From NCBI GenBank assembly GCA_951406725.2, contig OX597819.1, positions 50,530,001 to 50,594,000 on the forward strand: a stretch of DNA of 64,000 nucleotides. Reading direction: 5' to 3'. The notes under the pieces are model-generated. The model did not search any database and was not told where the DNA came from. It saw only the letters and a program-made list of their open reading frames with translations. Within the stretch, counting starts at the first letter, position 1, and each line of letters begins with the position of its first letter. This DNA is from Octopus vulgaris. Its lineage: Eukaryota. This document shows, one piece after another, positions 27,155 to 41,953 of the stretch. The position numbers and the translations under genes are program-made.

Positions 27155-27934
27155 TTTATTCGTATCAGTCATTAGATTGCGGCCATGCTGGGGCACCACC
27201 TTGAAGAATTTTTAGTCGAATGTCTTCACCCCACTACTTATCTTTTACAAGTTCGTTGCTTATTCTGTCAGTCGCTTATGCTGAACTGCTAAGTTGCTGG
27301 GACGTTAACACGCCATCATCGGCTGTTAAGCATTGTGGGGGAGACAGAGAGAGAGAGAGACATACGCAGAGTCACACATTAGGATATATACATACATAAA
27401 TACATACATACATACATACATACATACATACATACATACATACATACATACATACATACATACATACATACGACCGCTGCCACGCTCACGTTGTTTTCGT
27501 TTCAGCCGTTGAAGGCTTTTTTCATTTACGCCAGCTAAGATAAGTTAAAAATTGTCTAAAGTCGTAAGACGCTCCTGTCCTTGTACTGTCCACCTTCGTG
27601 TTTTTTATTTCTGTTTTTATATATAAACATATATACAAAATTATATATAATTTTGTTTCTTGTATTTACATTCGTGTGGCATCCTGTCTTTGTTCCGAAT
27701 ACATTCGACCCTCTTTCCAAGAAATCCAATGCCTGTGGCTTGGATTTTCCTTGGGGCTGGCCGGATCGGAGTGATATCGAGATTAAACAGCCGAAATCAC
27801 TAAGATGATCCGGTTCCCGACTGAAGATTAGAGGCTTCGAGTGACCCGTCGGTTTTTTGTGTCGTCTCCTTGTGTGTTTTTGCGTTCTTGTCCCACTTTG
27901 TAATTTATATTTTATATTAAATTCTATATATATG

Positions 27935-28007
<73 letters not shown>

Positions 28008-28022
28008 GACGGGCTTCCTTCA
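27155..28022 (-). mobile_element. SINE D copy split by insertions in its internal microsatellite
   Basis: The 3' half lies at 27155-27345 and the body resumes as TACGACGGGCTTCCTTCA at about 28003. In between lie (TACA)n and an unrelated segment of about 450 bp (27470-27925) with hammerhead-like remnants. Confidence 0.65.
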
Positions 28023-28251
28023 TGCTTATTTACAAATACACACATATATATATACATACACAGATATCTTTGTACAATGTTTATATGTGTGCGTGCGTAC
28101 GTGCGTGCGTGTGTGCGCGCGTGTGTGTATGTGTGCGTGTGTGTGTGTGTGTGGAGGTGTGTTTTATTAATTAGAATTATACGTGATAGTCCAGTGTTGA
28201 CCGTCTTTGCAGTCTTTAGCAAACTGAGGTAAGCCCGTACGCAGAAACGCA

Positions 28252-28309
<58 letters not shown>

Positions 28310-28533
28310 CACACACGCACACGTACAAAAAACAGGCACATACATACACCACACATATACATGCTGAGGAATAGAAAGATAAATAGATAAAGAAGCAGCT
28401 AGACAAACATTGAGAGAAATAAATAAACCGAAAGACGGTGACACTCATCAATATTAATGAAAAAATAAAGGCAAGAAAAGTAAACAAGAAAACAGAGAGA
28501 CAGACAGACACATACATACAGATATATACATAT

Positions 28534-28583
<50 letters not shown>

Positions 28584-28640
28584 CTACGCATACACAAACA
28601 TGTTTGTATGAGTGTGTGTGTCCAGCTATGTCTCTCTCTC

Positions 28641-28693
<53 letters not shown>

Positions 28694-28851
28694 ATATATA
28701 TATATGAAATACATACAGAAAGACACGCACACATATATATATGTATATATGACAATAATGTATACACACACACCTAAATATATGCACATACGTCTGTCCC
28801 TCTTACTCAGTTTCTCTCTGAGTATATATATGTATGAGTGCGTCCATATAA

Positions 28852-28931
<80 letters not shown>

Positions 28932-29069
28932 ATATATATTTATAATATAATAATAATGGGTAAAATTAATTAATTAATTAATTAATAATTAATAATTTTA
29001 CCAAGTAGTTCGGTATGTTAAAAGAACCATTATCGGTAAATAAAAATGTTTGTTTATAGATTATATATA

Positions 29070-29146
<77 letters not shown>

Positions 29147-29435
29147 TATATACATATATACATACATATGTGAACATACGCATATATATATATATATATA
29201 TATATATACATGAATACATGGGTACAGGACGTTACAAAACGTAAACAACATGAAATACGAAAACAAAGTTGGCTACGCAAACAACGCGAGAAACAAATGG
29301 GAAACAAGACAAGTAATATAAAGAACGACCCTTTCTCTGTTGTCGACTGTACATCGACTCCTCATTTCGAGCACATCCACACACACACCCATATATATAT
29401 ATATGGACATATATATGTATATGTATCTATGTATG

Positions 29436-29481
<46 letters not shown>

Positions 29482-29642
29482 CATAGATAGAGAATTTTTT
29501 AATGCGTTTATACATGCGTGTATTTATGCATGAATGGCTGTATCTATTGCTTGTATGTATATGGCTATATGCACACATGTACACACATCTATCCGTACAT
29601 ATACACACGCACCAACACAGTGTGTGTATATATGTATGTACG

Positions 29643-29684
<42 letters not shown>

Positions 29685-29781
29685 GTATCTATCTATCTAT
29701 CTATCAATCTCTATACCTATATTCACACATACATATACACATATAACGACATCCATTCATTTATTTTGCTGTATACACACA

Positions 29782-29834
<53 letters not shown>

Positions 29835-30483
29835 ATTTATGTATGCATGTACAAATACATATTTACATACACAAAATTACACTTACACAACATTTTAATA
29901 TACACACACACCTATACACACAGACATATATAAACATATGCACACACAATGCATACATGAATATGCACGCACAGACACACACACACACATACACACACAC
30001 ATACACATATATATATATATATGGTTGCTTGAGTTGGGAAGTTATAGCCTTGAGTGTTATAGGTGTGGATGGATAGGGAGACATGTAAACAGAAAGTTTT
30101 GCTGGACAACGTTTCGGCAACGAATTGGAGTCTATAGCTGGCAAGTGTTATTGTTTGTATTGTGAAGGTGGTTGTTGGGAGATATAAGATAAACATGGAA
30201 GACAAACAATGTGGAGGGGCGAGGGAAAGGAAAAAAAAAAAACCCAAAAAGACAGCATTGTAGTGCTGATAGTAGTGGTATGTTTAGTGGGTCGGTCTGA
30301 TGGGTATAGGGTAGGGTGGCGTGAGGTGGGTGGCTGAATCTGGGGAGAAAGGGCGTGGGAAGAGAGGCAGGGACCGACCGGGTCAGTGGACGGGTAAAGA
30401 GTATGGCAAAAAGAAAATAACGAAAAGGCATGGCGAGTTGATTTCAAGTGACGAAAATTGTCGATGATGTTTACTTTTGGACG

Positions 30484-30540
<57 letters not shown>

Positions 30541-30934
30541 TATGTGTGTGTATGTATGCATGTGTGTTTATGTATATGTATGTATGTGTGTGTTTATATA
30601 TATATGTGTGTGTATGTGTGTGTCTCTGTGTCTGAGGTGGAAAGGGTGGGAAGGTGAGCCACGATTTGACGATGTTTTGTTGACGTTTCACTTGTTATCG
30701 GTCCTGCTACCGCCACTGCCAGAATCACCGCTATCACCGCTGTCGCTTCCGTCACCGCTACTGCTACCGCCTCCTCCACCACCTTCACCAGTGAGTTCTC
30801 CGCTGCCTTCATCTCTGTCACCACCACTGTGCCACCGTCACTATCGCCGCTACCACCGGTGACGGAGTCATCGTCATCGTGTCGTCGTTGTCGTCAGTGT
30901 CGCTGATGTTGTTCTTGCTATTGTTTTTATTAAT

Positions 30935-31150
30935 TCAAGATGTGCTCTGATCGAGCAGATCTTCAACCAATGATATCACAGCCGGCCGTGACCACTCTTT
31001 CATTTTCTAGTGAGGTGAGTGTGACATAGGACTAAAACTACATCACCCATCCTATCTTTCTCATTTTCAAGACGATAGGATGTAACTTAGGGTGATTTGG
31101 TTGCTATATCTTGTGGTTTGAACTATCACGCTGAGGTTTCCTCGTTGGCT
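30935..31150 (+). mobile_element. Old unclassified dispersed repeat (GATTTGGCTGCTATTTCTAGCAG family)
   Basis: The motifs CCAGCC(G/A)TGACC and GATTTGG(C/T)TGCTATTTCTAG recur at about 14030-14150, 22170-22290, 25950-26090 (minus), 32370-33005, 43880-44020, 57560-57735 and 63370-63530. Confidence 0.6.
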
Positions 31151-31398
31151 TTTCACCGTTGTCGATGTTCTTGTTATCGTCATTTGCTGATGCTTAGCCC
31201 CAGGTCAGGCCGGATTGGATATATCTCTAATCTCAGACTAACTGTTTTATAATCTTAATATTATGTATTATCCGAATAGCTTGCACTTCAGGACATTCCT
31301 TTAATCAGCTGTCAGCTAGAGATCATTGAAGTTTCAGTCCTTTCTGTCAGTCTCTCTCTTTCTCTTTCTTTCTCTGAGCATTAGTGTCGAGCAATATT

Positions 31399-32020
31399 CT
31401 TTCCTACTCTAGGCACAAGGCTCAAAATTTTTGGGGAAGGGGTCAGTCGATTAGATCGACCTCAGAGCGTAACTGGTACTTATTTAATCGACCTCGAAAG
31501 GATGAAAGGCAAAGTCGACCTCGGCGGAACTTGAACTCAGAAGTAAAGATAGATGAAATACCTATTTCTTTATTATTACCCACAAGGAGCTAAACATAGA
31601 GGAGACAAACAAGGACAGACATAGGTCGATTAGATCGACCCCAGTGCGTAACTGGTACTTAATTTATCGACCCCGAAAGGATGAAAGGCAAAGTCGACAT
31701 CGGCGGAATTTGAACTCACAACGTAACGGCAGACGAAATACGGCTACGCATTTCGCTCGGCGTGCTAACATTTCTGCCAACTCGCCGCCTTTCTTTAAAC
31801 ATTATTTCTTTATTGCCCACACGGGGCTATACATAGAGGGGACATACATGGGATTAAGTGGATTATATCGACCCAGTGCATAACTGGTACTTAATTTATC
31901 AACCCCGAAAGGATGAAAGGCAAAGTCGACCTCGGTTGAATTTGAACTCAGAACGTAAAGACAGACGAAATACCGCAAGCATTTCGTCCGGTGCGCTAAC
32001 GTTCCTGCCAGCTCGCTGCC
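31399..32020 (-). mobile_element. Cluster of three SINE B units inside one 18-bp TSD
   Basis: TTAGTGTCGAGCAATATT at 31381-31398 and 32021-32038. Three copies of CGAAAGGATGAAAGGCAAAGTCGAC. Confidence 0.9.
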
Positions 32021-32484
32021 TTAGTGTCGAGCAATATTGGTTGGTGTTCTACTCATTTTCACTCACTGATTTCTCTTCACCCTGCACACAAACTGAAATC
32101 AACATTGATTTAAATTTTAAAATTCTTTTCTTCTTTTCGCTTCATTCGCCCACTTGTCTTTTCCTGACAAACAACCACCACCCGAAACGTACAATTACAT
32201 TCATTTCATTTTCTCATCGCTTGATTACATTGGTTTCCCAATCATGTTGTTATTTTTATACGTTGTGTTTTTTTAATCTTTTTTTTCCCCGTAAATATCA
32301 AACTTACGCCGTTTATTCGGATGACTACAGGATTTATGTAATCATAGTGAATTTAAGCAATGTATCGTTTTGAAGTTGGTAAGGCATGATTTCAGAGAAA
32401 TCCGGCAACTATTTCTAGCAGAATGCGTGGTTACTTAGATTCTCTGTTATCCACGATCCTCTGTTATACGCGCTTACTGTTCTT

Positions 32485-32610
32485 GTTTGGACCCTATGTT
32501 TGGAACATTTTAGGGCTTATGTTTGAACACTATGTTTGGAACATGTATTTGGACTCTAGGTTTGCAACATGTTAGGGTTATGTTTGGACCCTTTGTTTGA
32601 ACCTATGCCA
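32485..32610. repeat. Degenerate minisatellite built on TGTTTGGA(A/C)C
   Basis: About 8 related units read directly. Confidence 0.7.
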
Positions 32611-33011
32611 AACTCTGATTGGGAGATCTATGATCAAAGGCGTCCAAACCGTGGTCATCCCGTTTCAGCCAAAGTATATTTGAAACTGCTTTGTCTAATG
32701 TCTACTTTGCTATTCAGACAATGGCGCTCGAGTTGAGTATGATTTGGCTACTATTTCTACAAAGTTTAGAGAAATATTCTTAAGTAATTGGCTATGAATC
32801 ACTTAAGTTAGTACCGTTTAGATCTAGATGAATCCATGTAGAGGACATTCAAGATGAAACGCATTCCAGCCATGTCCGTCCTGCTTTTTTTTTTTTTGTA
32901 AGGTTTCAAGGATTATATTATCTACAATGTATTGTTTGTTCATTTTTAAAAAGATGGTAGGAGAGAGCAATATGTGGTTTGAAGGGGATTTGGCTGCTAT
33001 TTATAGCATAC

Positions 33012-33042
<31 letters not shown>

Positions 33043-33196
33043 TGTATATATACATGCGGGAGAACACACAGGTCAAGTTGAAAATCATGTACTAAATGCA
33101 CAGACGAACGGGGAACAAATAGAGGTCACCAACTCCCCATTAGTTATCGGCCAAGGGTTCGAGCACAATTTCGTGCCATTATCGATAACATTGCTT

Positions 33197-33249
<53 letters not shown>

Positions 33250-33254
<5 letters not shown>

Positions 33255-33408
33255 TGTGTTTTTCTCAGCTTCCGTCTACTATCCACTCACAAAGTTTTGA
33301 TTAGCTCGAAGCTATAGCAGAAGACACTTGATAAGGTACCACGCTGTGAGACTGAACCCCGGAACCATGTAGTTGGGAAGCAAGCTTCTTACCACACAGC
33401 CACGCCTA
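33250..33408 (-). mobile_element. SINE family D, 5' half
   Basis: GAAGACACTTG...ACTGAACCCCGGAACCATG...CTTACCACACAGCCACGCCT. Confidence 0.8.
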
Positions 33409-33727
33409 AACTGTAAGCATAAACTATAAACGGCCATGGTTTATGACTTTCTGATTACACCTCTTCATATCCGAAGCGAAAATAACATTAACAGAAAAAA
33501 AAAAAAAAAAATGAAATAAGAGATAACAAAGGTAAGAGAAAGGAAAAGAGAATCGAGGGAAATCATTTGGTAAACAGAATAATAAGAAAACAAACAACAA
33601 AAATAGAAACAACAAATAGCTGAGAGGAAAATTGTGGTAAACAATAAACGAGTCTCCTTTTCTTAATGAGTGAGAAAGAAATATATACACACACATATAT
33701 ATATATGTGTGTGTGTTTATGTATGTA

Positions 33728-33778
<51 letters not shown>

Positions 33779-33857
33779 ATATATATTTATATGTATATAT
33801 GAATATATATGTATATATACATTTATATATATATATGTATGTATATACATATATATG

Positions 33858-33909
<52 letters not shown>

Positions 33910-35063
33910 CACATACACACACATGTACATATATGCCTAAAGAATTTATTAATCAAAGAAAATATTAATTTAAATTTTTTTCTATCAAATATTTTTGAAA
34001 AAAATCTTTCTTTTTTTTTATTTTGTTGTTTTCCTTTATATAAAATTTCCCTAATAAACCAACTTAATTAAAGTTCATTAAGATTTAAAACACGAAATGT
34101 ATTCGACAAATAGAAAAACGTAAAAAGAGAAAAAAAAAACACTAGAAAAATATGACTTCCTCCCATCGAAACAAAAATAACACAAACAAAACAAAATAAA
34201 CGAAAGAAAAAAAAATCAAAATAAACAAAATTAAATAAAATAAAACCCTTACGCTCACCTTACTCTCACCAACTTCCTCAAAAAGAAACCAAAAAAAAAA
34301 AATATTGGTTTGACACATTTTTTCAATATTTTTCCTTCTCCGCACTGAAAACCGTCACACAAAATGGAAAACGCCATTGAGAAATCGTGGCTGCCCTTAA
34401 ACCATTGCGACTCCACCATGTACGGATACAATGCTCCAATAAAACACGGCTGAGTGACATACCACCGTCAACGCTTCCATTGCATTCCTTACACCTCAAA
34501 CATCGGCATTGAAATATTTCTGTTTGTTGTCTAAATATTGATTGCTAATGAAGTGTGTGTGTGTGTGACTCTCTCTTTCGCTCTCTCTCAGTGCGTATGT
34601 GTGTGTGTGTGTGTGTGTGTGTATGAGCCTCTCTGTCCTTCTGTATGTGCGCGCACGTGTATGTACCTCTCTCCCTCTCTGTCTGTGAGTGCATGTGTGT
34701 GTATGTGTGTATGTGCCTCTCTCTCTCTCTCTCTCTGTGCGTATGTGTGTATGTCTCTCTCTCTTACTCTCTCTCTTTCTCTGTCTCTCTTTCTCTCTCT
34801 CCCTCTGAGAGTGCATGTGTGTGTGTGTCTCTTTATCTCTCTCGTTTTCTCTCTCCCTCTCCCTCTGAGAGTGCATGTACGTATATGTATGTGTGTGTGC
34901 GCGTGTGTGTACCCCCTCTCTCTCTCTCTTCATGTGTGTGTGTATGTGTGTGTGTGCGCTTGTGTGTGTGTGTATGTGCGCCTATGCCTGTACGTATCTA
35001 TATGAGTGTGATTATATGTAGGTTTATATCTGCCTTAGTGTGTGTGAGTGTGAGACCCTGTAC

Positions 35064-35129
<66 letters not shown>

Positions 35130-35633
35130 ATATATCTGTGTCTGACTTCCTGCTTGTGTATTTGTGTGTCCCTACCTCTTTATATAATTGTATATGCCTG
35201 CAATATGGACTCCTTTGTGTACCTCTGTGTATGCGCATTTCTGTAAATGCATATATGTGTGTACCTGCTTGTTTGCATATTTGTGTCTCCTTGCCTTTTT
35301 CTGCATTTGTGCATACCTGAATTTGTCCCCTTGTATGGCTGCCTGTGTGCAATGTTTCTTTGCGTATTTATTCGTGTGGTTGCACGTGTATTCCCTTGTA
35401 TTCCCTCTCTCTATGCGCATTTTTGTGTATGTGCGCGTGTATACATATGTATATATGAGTGTGCACCTGTTTCTATATATATATGTGTGTGTGTGTTTGC
35501 TTAAATATTGTATACGTGTCTGTGTGTCTGTATGTATGCGTATTTGTTTGTATATGCGTATATATATATGTGTGTGTATATATATCTATCTATATTATGT
35601 ATATATGTATATATATGTATATATATGTATATG

Positions 35634-35691
<58 letters not shown>

Positions 35692-35834
35692 TATATATAT
35701 ATGAGTGTTTATATGCTTGCATTCGTATGTCTATATATGTATGTGTATGAGTGTGTGTGAGAGAGAGTTCGATTTTCTAGAGTCTTTGTGTATTGTTGTA
35801 TGACGATGTGCTTGTGAGTGTTTATATATTTGTA

Positions 35835-36054
35835 CAGTAAACCCTCGATTATAGCGGGTGTTACGTTCCAGAACCCCCGCGATAGGTGAAAATCCGCGAA
35901 GTAGAAACAGTACTCTAGTGTATATATTTTTCTTATTTTTATAATTTGTATATATTCATTTTATTATAAACGCAAAACAACGCCACGCGGGAATCGGCGT
36001 CAGCTTAAATAATTAACCGCGATAGGCGAACCGCGATATGGCGAGGGGTTAGTG
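35835..36054 (+). mobile_element. Tigger/pogo-like MITE
   Basis: TA|CAGTAAACCCTCGATTATAGCGG ... CCGCGATATGGCGAGGGGTTAGTG imperfect TIRs. GTTCCAGAACCCCCGCGATA resembles MER2/Tigger-type ends. Confidence 0.75.
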
Positions 36055-36735
36055 TGTATGTAAGTGTTTAGAAAAGATAGGAGTAGTTAAACGTAGCATT
36101 TGTTTACAGGTCTGAATTGTCTCCATTTAATCCAAACGCACACACTCTCACACACACAGACACACAGAAGCACATATACACACGCAGACACAGTCGCTTT
36201 AGTCATTGACACATAGATAGGTGGACATTCACACAATTCTACACGTACATACACACACATTTGAGCACAAACATGCATAGATTAACAATTGTATCCACAG
36301 GTGAATATATATCAACACTATCTCCACTTTCTCACTCTCTTGCACTATATATGAACACACATACACACTGAAATACATATATGCATACATGTATACAAAT
36401 GTATGTATACATAAAAATGTACATGCGTAAATACGTGCGTATACACGTACATATCTTCATATATCCACACATACACATATGTATGTATGTAAGTATGTAT
36501 GCATGCATTTTTATATGTGTATATATGTATGTATGTATGCATACATGTACGACAAATAACCCTCCACCTTTCAAATACAAGCAAACAGGAAATACCCTAA
36601 ACAACAACTGTAACAAGTAAAGAAACTTATTGACCAGCTAAAGTATGCCACCTACTGGCATTCTTTTGTAAACTCTTAAAAATTTCTTCACAAGAAAGCT
36701 GACACACACAATTACTAAGTTGTTAAATACTGAAA

Positions 36736-36757
36736 TAAACTTTGAACTTTGACCTTT
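36736..36757 (-). promoter_or_regulatory. Nuclear-receptor DR1-type element (candidate)
   Basis: Reverse complement AGGTCA-A-AGTTCA-A-AGTTTA gives three half-sites with 1-nt spacing, in unique sequence. Confidence 0.3.
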
Positions 36758-36904
36758 ACATTGTCACAGGATAAAAATCCAATAAAACCGAAAATGAAGT
36801 GACCAAAGAAACTCCCTCTACCTACCTACATCCTTTTTGTGAACCACTATAAAACAATCTTATGACCTCAAGATGACACACCTAAATATACAAACTTGTT
36901 TACA

Positions 36905-37180
36905 AAGTTCGATTCCCGTACCGCACTGTGTTGTGTTCTTGAGTAAGACACCTCATTTCCCGTTGCAATAGCTGTAGAAATGAGTTGTGGCATTACTGGT
37001 GTCAAGCTGTATCGGCCTTTGCCTTTCCCTTGGATAACATCAGTGACGTGAAGAGGGGTGAATGGTACGCATGGGTGACTACTGGTCTTCCACAAAACAA
37101 TCTTGCCCGGACCTGTGCCTTCGAGGGTAACTTTCTAGGTGTAATCCAATGGGCGTTCATGACTGAAGAAGGTCTTTACT
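36905..37180 (+). mobile_element. SINE family E, 5'-truncated (family-A-like head, different tail)
   Basis: B box GTTCGATTCC, TGTGTTCTTGAGTAAGACAC, tail CTGGTCTTCCA..AACAA..TTGCCCGGAC...CATGACTGAAG shared with 37822-38102. Confidence 0.8.
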
Positions 37181-37332
37181 ATGTTTGTATAACGAAATAC
37201 GATGTCCCTACCAGCCATTAATTTTTGAAACTGTTTATAAATTTTGATAAACAGATATATAATCGCCTCGGAAATGAATATCAGGAAGTGATGCTCATTG
37301 CAGTATAATGCTCACACGAACGTAAACAATCA

Positions 37333-37565
37333 TACTCTTTACTCTTTTACTTGTTTCAGTCATTTGACTGCGGCCATGCTGGAGCACCGCCTTTAGCCGC
37401 ACAAATCGATCCCAGGACTTATTTTTTGTAAGCCTAGTACTTATTCTATCGGCCTCTTTTGCCGAACCGCTATGTTACGGGGACGTAAACACACCACCAT
37501 CGGTTGTCAAGCGATGTTGGGAGGACAAACACAGACACACAAACATATACACACACACACACACA

Positions 37566-37608
<43 letters not shown>

Positions 37609-37738
37609 GACGGGCTTCTTTCAGTTTCCATCTACTAAATCCACTCACAAGACACTTGCCTAAGGTACCATGCAGTGGGAATGAACCCGGAACCATGTGG
37701 TTGTTAAGCAAGCTACTTACCACAAAGTCACTCCCGCG
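37333..37738 (-). mobile_element. SINE family D with internal deletion
   Basis: Colinear with other D copies. (TACTCTTT)n tail on the plus strand. Confidence 0.9.
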
Positions 37739-37821
37739 ACTGCAAATTATAAAAAAAAAGAAGAAAAAAAACGCTCGAAATTTGATTTTAGTTATTCATA
37801 TATGTATGTGTATTGGTCAAT

Positions 37822-38102
37822 GTGAAGGCGCTTGGCTCAGTGGTTAGAGTGTTGAGCTTACGATCGTGAGTTTGTGAGTTCGAATCCCGGACCGGGCTGC
37901 ATGTTATGTTCTTGAGCAAGACACTTTATTTCACGTTGCTCCAGTTCACTTAGGTGGTGGCCTGGAGAGGGGAGGCGGTATGCATAGGCGACTGCTGGTC
38001 TTCCATAAACAACCTTGCCCGGACTTGTGCCTGAGGAGGGGGGTAACTTTCTAGGTGCTTTCTAGGTAACTTTCATGGTCAGTCATGACCGAAGGGGGTC
38101 TC
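37822..38102 (+). mobile_element. SINE family E
   Basis: A box TGGCTCAGTGG, B box GAGTTCGAATCCC, CORE-like TTCTTGAGCAAGACACTTT. Confidence 0.85.
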
Positions 38103-38368
38103 AGTTCAAAAACAAAAAACACAAAAAAAAAAAATCTTCTGTGCATGCAAGTACTCCAATTCGAACCTGGACTGCTCCACTTGAAATACAGCTTTCCGAT
38201 GTAGTTGCAAAATGCACGCTATTTACAAACAACGAACGACAATTTTCGAGAGCTCAGAATGAAAATTGATCCGTATCGTGAAGCGCTGTTTCTACCTGGT
38301 TAATAGTGACGTATTCGGTGTTTATTGATGCTGTTGTTGTTGTTGTTGTTGTTGTTAAATGACAAGAT

Positions 38369-38905
38369 TTTTAGCACACCGGCCGAAATACTTGGTGGTA
38401 TTTCGTCTGCCGTTACGTTCTGAGTTCAAATTCCGCCGAGGTCGACTTTTGCCTTACATCCTTTCGGGGTCGATTAAATAAGTACCAGTTACGCACTGGG
38501 GTCGGTGTAATCGATTTAATTCGTTTGTCTGTCCTTGTTTGTCCTGTCTGTGTTTAGCCCCCTTTGTGGATAGTAAAGAAATAGGTATTTCGTCCGTCTT
38601 TCCCCTCTGATTTCAAATTACCATTATTATTGCAGAATCGTTAGCACACCGGATTAAATAGGGGCATTTCGTCTGTCTCTACGATCTGTGATGAAATTTC
38701 TCCAATGTCGACAAGAATCCTTCCCAAAAATTTCAGGCTTTGCGCCTAGAGTAGAAAAGATTATTATGGTCATGATGGCTACATCCTGATACATTCGTAA
38801 GCATGTCGAACAAAATGCTTGGCAGTATTTCTTCCGACACATTCACTTTCTGGGTTTCAAATTCGGCCAAGAGCTACTTGACCTTTTATCTTTCCAGAAT
38901 CGACA
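38369..38905 (+). mobile_element. SINE B copy followed by degenerate B fragments
   Basis: Body and tail a run to 38583, then AAATA|GGTATTTCGTC restarts a second unit. Confidence 0.8.
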
Positions 38906-38929
38906 AAATGTGAAACCCTCCTCCTCCTC

Positions 38930-38944
38930 CTCTGCTTCCCCTCC

Positions 38945-38987
<43 letters not shown>

Positions 38988-39258
38988 CTTCTTCTTCTTC
39001 TTCTTCTTCTTCTTCTTCTTCTTCTTCTTCTTCTTCCCTGTCCTACTCCTCCTCCCCCTCCTCCCCCTCCTCCTTCCTTTTCTTCTTTTTCTCCTCTTCT
39101 TTCTCATCCTCCCATTGTTGTTGTTGTTCTCCTTTCCTGCTCGCCTCCGCCTCCTCCTCCATTTTTTTCTTTTTTTCCCCTTCTCGTCTTCTTCATCCTC
39201 CCATTGTTGTTGCTGTTCTCCTTCTTCATCTTCTTTTTCTTCTTCTCCTTCTTCTTCT

Positions 39259-39314
<56 letters not shown>

Positions 39315-39894
39315 TTCTTCTTCTGCTTCTTCTTCTTCTTCTTCTTCTTCTTCTTTGTCTTCTTCTTCTTTGTCTTCTTCTTCTTCTGCTTCTTCTTCTT
39401 CTTTGTCTTCTTCTTCTTTGTCTTCTTCTTCTTCTTCTTCTTCTTCTTCTTCTTCTTCTTCTTCTTCTTCTTCTTCTTCTTCTTCTTCTTCTTCTTCTTC
39501 TTCTCATGCTGCTGTTGCCGATTATAATTATGCTGATGCTATTGTTGTTTGCGTTGTTGGTTGATGGTGATGAAAATGATGATGAAGACGATAATGATGA
39601 TGTTGATGACGACGACGACGACGGTGATGGTGGTAGTTGTGATGATGATGATAATGATGGCGGGTGGTGATGAAGTTGCTTTTGTCATTGTGTTTTCTTT
39701 TTTGTTGTTGCGGATGTTGGTATTGATGTTGGGTGTCGTTGCTTGAAGCGTGGATAATAATAACGACGATAATAATGATGACTATGACGATGATGACGAT
39801 GATGACAATGATGATAATAATGATGATGACGATGACGATGATAATGATGATGATGATGATGACGATGATGATGATGACGATGATGATGATGATG

Positions 39895-39928
<34 letters not shown>

Positions 39929-39942
39929 CGACGACGATGATA

Positions 39943-39984
<42 letters not shown>

Positions 39985-40979
39985 TTGATGATGATGATTA
40001 TGATGACGATGATGAGGATGATTATGATGATGATGACGACGATGATGAGGATGATGATGACGATGATGATGATAATGAGGATGTTGATGATGGCAATGAT
40101 GATGATTATGATGATGATATAATGATGACGATGATGATGTTAATGATGATGATGACGACGATGATGAGGATGCTGATGACGATGATGATGATGATGATGA
40201 TGATGATGACGACGACGATGATGAAGTTGACGAGGATAATGGTGAAGCAGGTGGTGGTGGTGATGGTGGTGGTAGTGATGGTGGTGGTGCCGCAGCTTGC
40301 GCTGTTGTTACTATTGCCAATGTTGTTGTTGCTGTTTTTGCTGTTGTTGTTGTTGTTGTTGTTGTTGTTGCTGCTGCTGTTGTTGTTGTTGGCGGTGGTG
40401 GTGGTGGCGGTTGTGGTGACGGTGTTGATAGCATTCTTGTTGCGCAGATGGCAGTGGGATCTTGTAGCGAGGAAGTAGGAGTTTACCGTGTACGAAGCGT
40501 ATTGATAATTATTTATTAACAAGGAAAGAGGAAGAGTAGGAAAAAAGACAGAGTAGGAAAAAACACAGAGAAAAACCAAGAAAACAAAACAACACAAACA
40601 AAACAACACCTCAATAAACTAACAAACAATCAATAAAACAATGTTTTTCTTCTTCGTCTTTAATCTTCTGTTAGTTAGTTAGTAAGTCGTGTGGTTGATT
40701 AGCTGAATGGGCTATATTTCGGCCGCTTATGATCAGGCAAATTGTTGTTGCAGTTGTTGTTGTTGTTGTTGTTGATGATGATGAGGATGATGATGCTGAT
40801 AATGCTGATGATGCTAACAATGAAGTCGATGACGATAATTAAAATGGTGACACTAATGGTGAAGGTAATGATGATGATGATGATGATGATGATCAGGGTG
40901 AGGATGTTGATGTTGATGATTAAGGTGATGATGATGATGATGATGGTGGTGGTGATAATGATGAAGATGATAATGATTG

Positions 40980-41048
<69 letters not shown>

Positions 41049-41229
41049 CGACGACGACGATGATTATAATGATGATGATAATGAGGATGATGATGATGAC
41101 GACGACGGCAACGATGATGTTGATGATGATTTTAATGATGATGATGATGAGGATGATGATGATGATGAAAATGATGACGACGACGACGACCGCGACGAGG
41201 ATGATGATGATGTTGACAACTACGACGAC

Positions 41230-41277
<48 letters not shown>

Positions 41278-41575
41278 AATGATGACGACGACGACGACCG
41301 CGACAAGGATGATGATGATGTTGACAACTACGACGACGATGATGATGATGATAATGATGATGATGATGATGATTATTATAGTGTCAATAATGATGATGAT
41401 TATAGTGATGATGACGATAATGATAACTACGACGACGATGATGATGATTATTATGGTGTCAATAATGATGATAGTGATGGTGGTGGTGGTAGTAATGTTA
41501 TTTTTGTTACTGTTGTTGTCGTGGAGGTGGTGGTGGTGCTGCCTCTGCCTGTGTAGGTGGTGGTTGAGGCTGTAG
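38930..41575. repeat. Compound trinucleotide field of about 2.6 kb: (GTT)n, (CTT)n, (GAT/GAC)n, (GGT)n
   Basis: Read directly. An internal duplication of about 110 bp lies at about 41164 and 41273. Confidence 0.95.
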
Positions 41576-41919
41576 TGAAGAGATTTCACACGAAACCTTC
41601 CCTATACCCTTCACCCTCAATCCTTTCTCCTCTTTCCTCCAGGATCAAAACGAAACGCCTTCTGTTTCTGAGGGAGTAAAAAAAAAAGTTTAAAAAAAAT
41701 TGATTTGATGAAAATAATAAACAATAAACAAAATAAAACAAATAACAACAAAAACTGTCGCATCAATTTATAAATTGTTTAGTTTATTTTCATGCGTATA
41801 TATACATTACATACATGCATAGATGTGTGTATGTATGCTTGGGTACATACATATACACGCATACACACACATGTATATATACATACACATACATGTATAT
41901 AGTTACATAATTACATGTT

Positions 41920-41953
<34 letters not shown>

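Noticed and set aside
30974-30990. TATCACAGCC resembling the miR-2 family 5' end
   Set aside because: It lies within a dispersed repeat family and has no hairpin.
19674-36620. Dozens of [12 protein letters not shown] and LSIY ORFs
   Set aside because: Translations of (TA)n, (CA)n, (TATG)n and (TATC)n.
38130-38220. Possible tRNA on the minus strand (GGTTCGAAT B box)
   Set aside because: No convincing A box or cloverleaf. At most a very decayed remnant.
39685-41589. Poly-Asp, poly-His and poly-Met ORFs resembling biomineral or acidic proteins
   Set aside because: Trinucleotide microsatellite open in several frames on both strands, with no signal peptide, complex domain or splice support.
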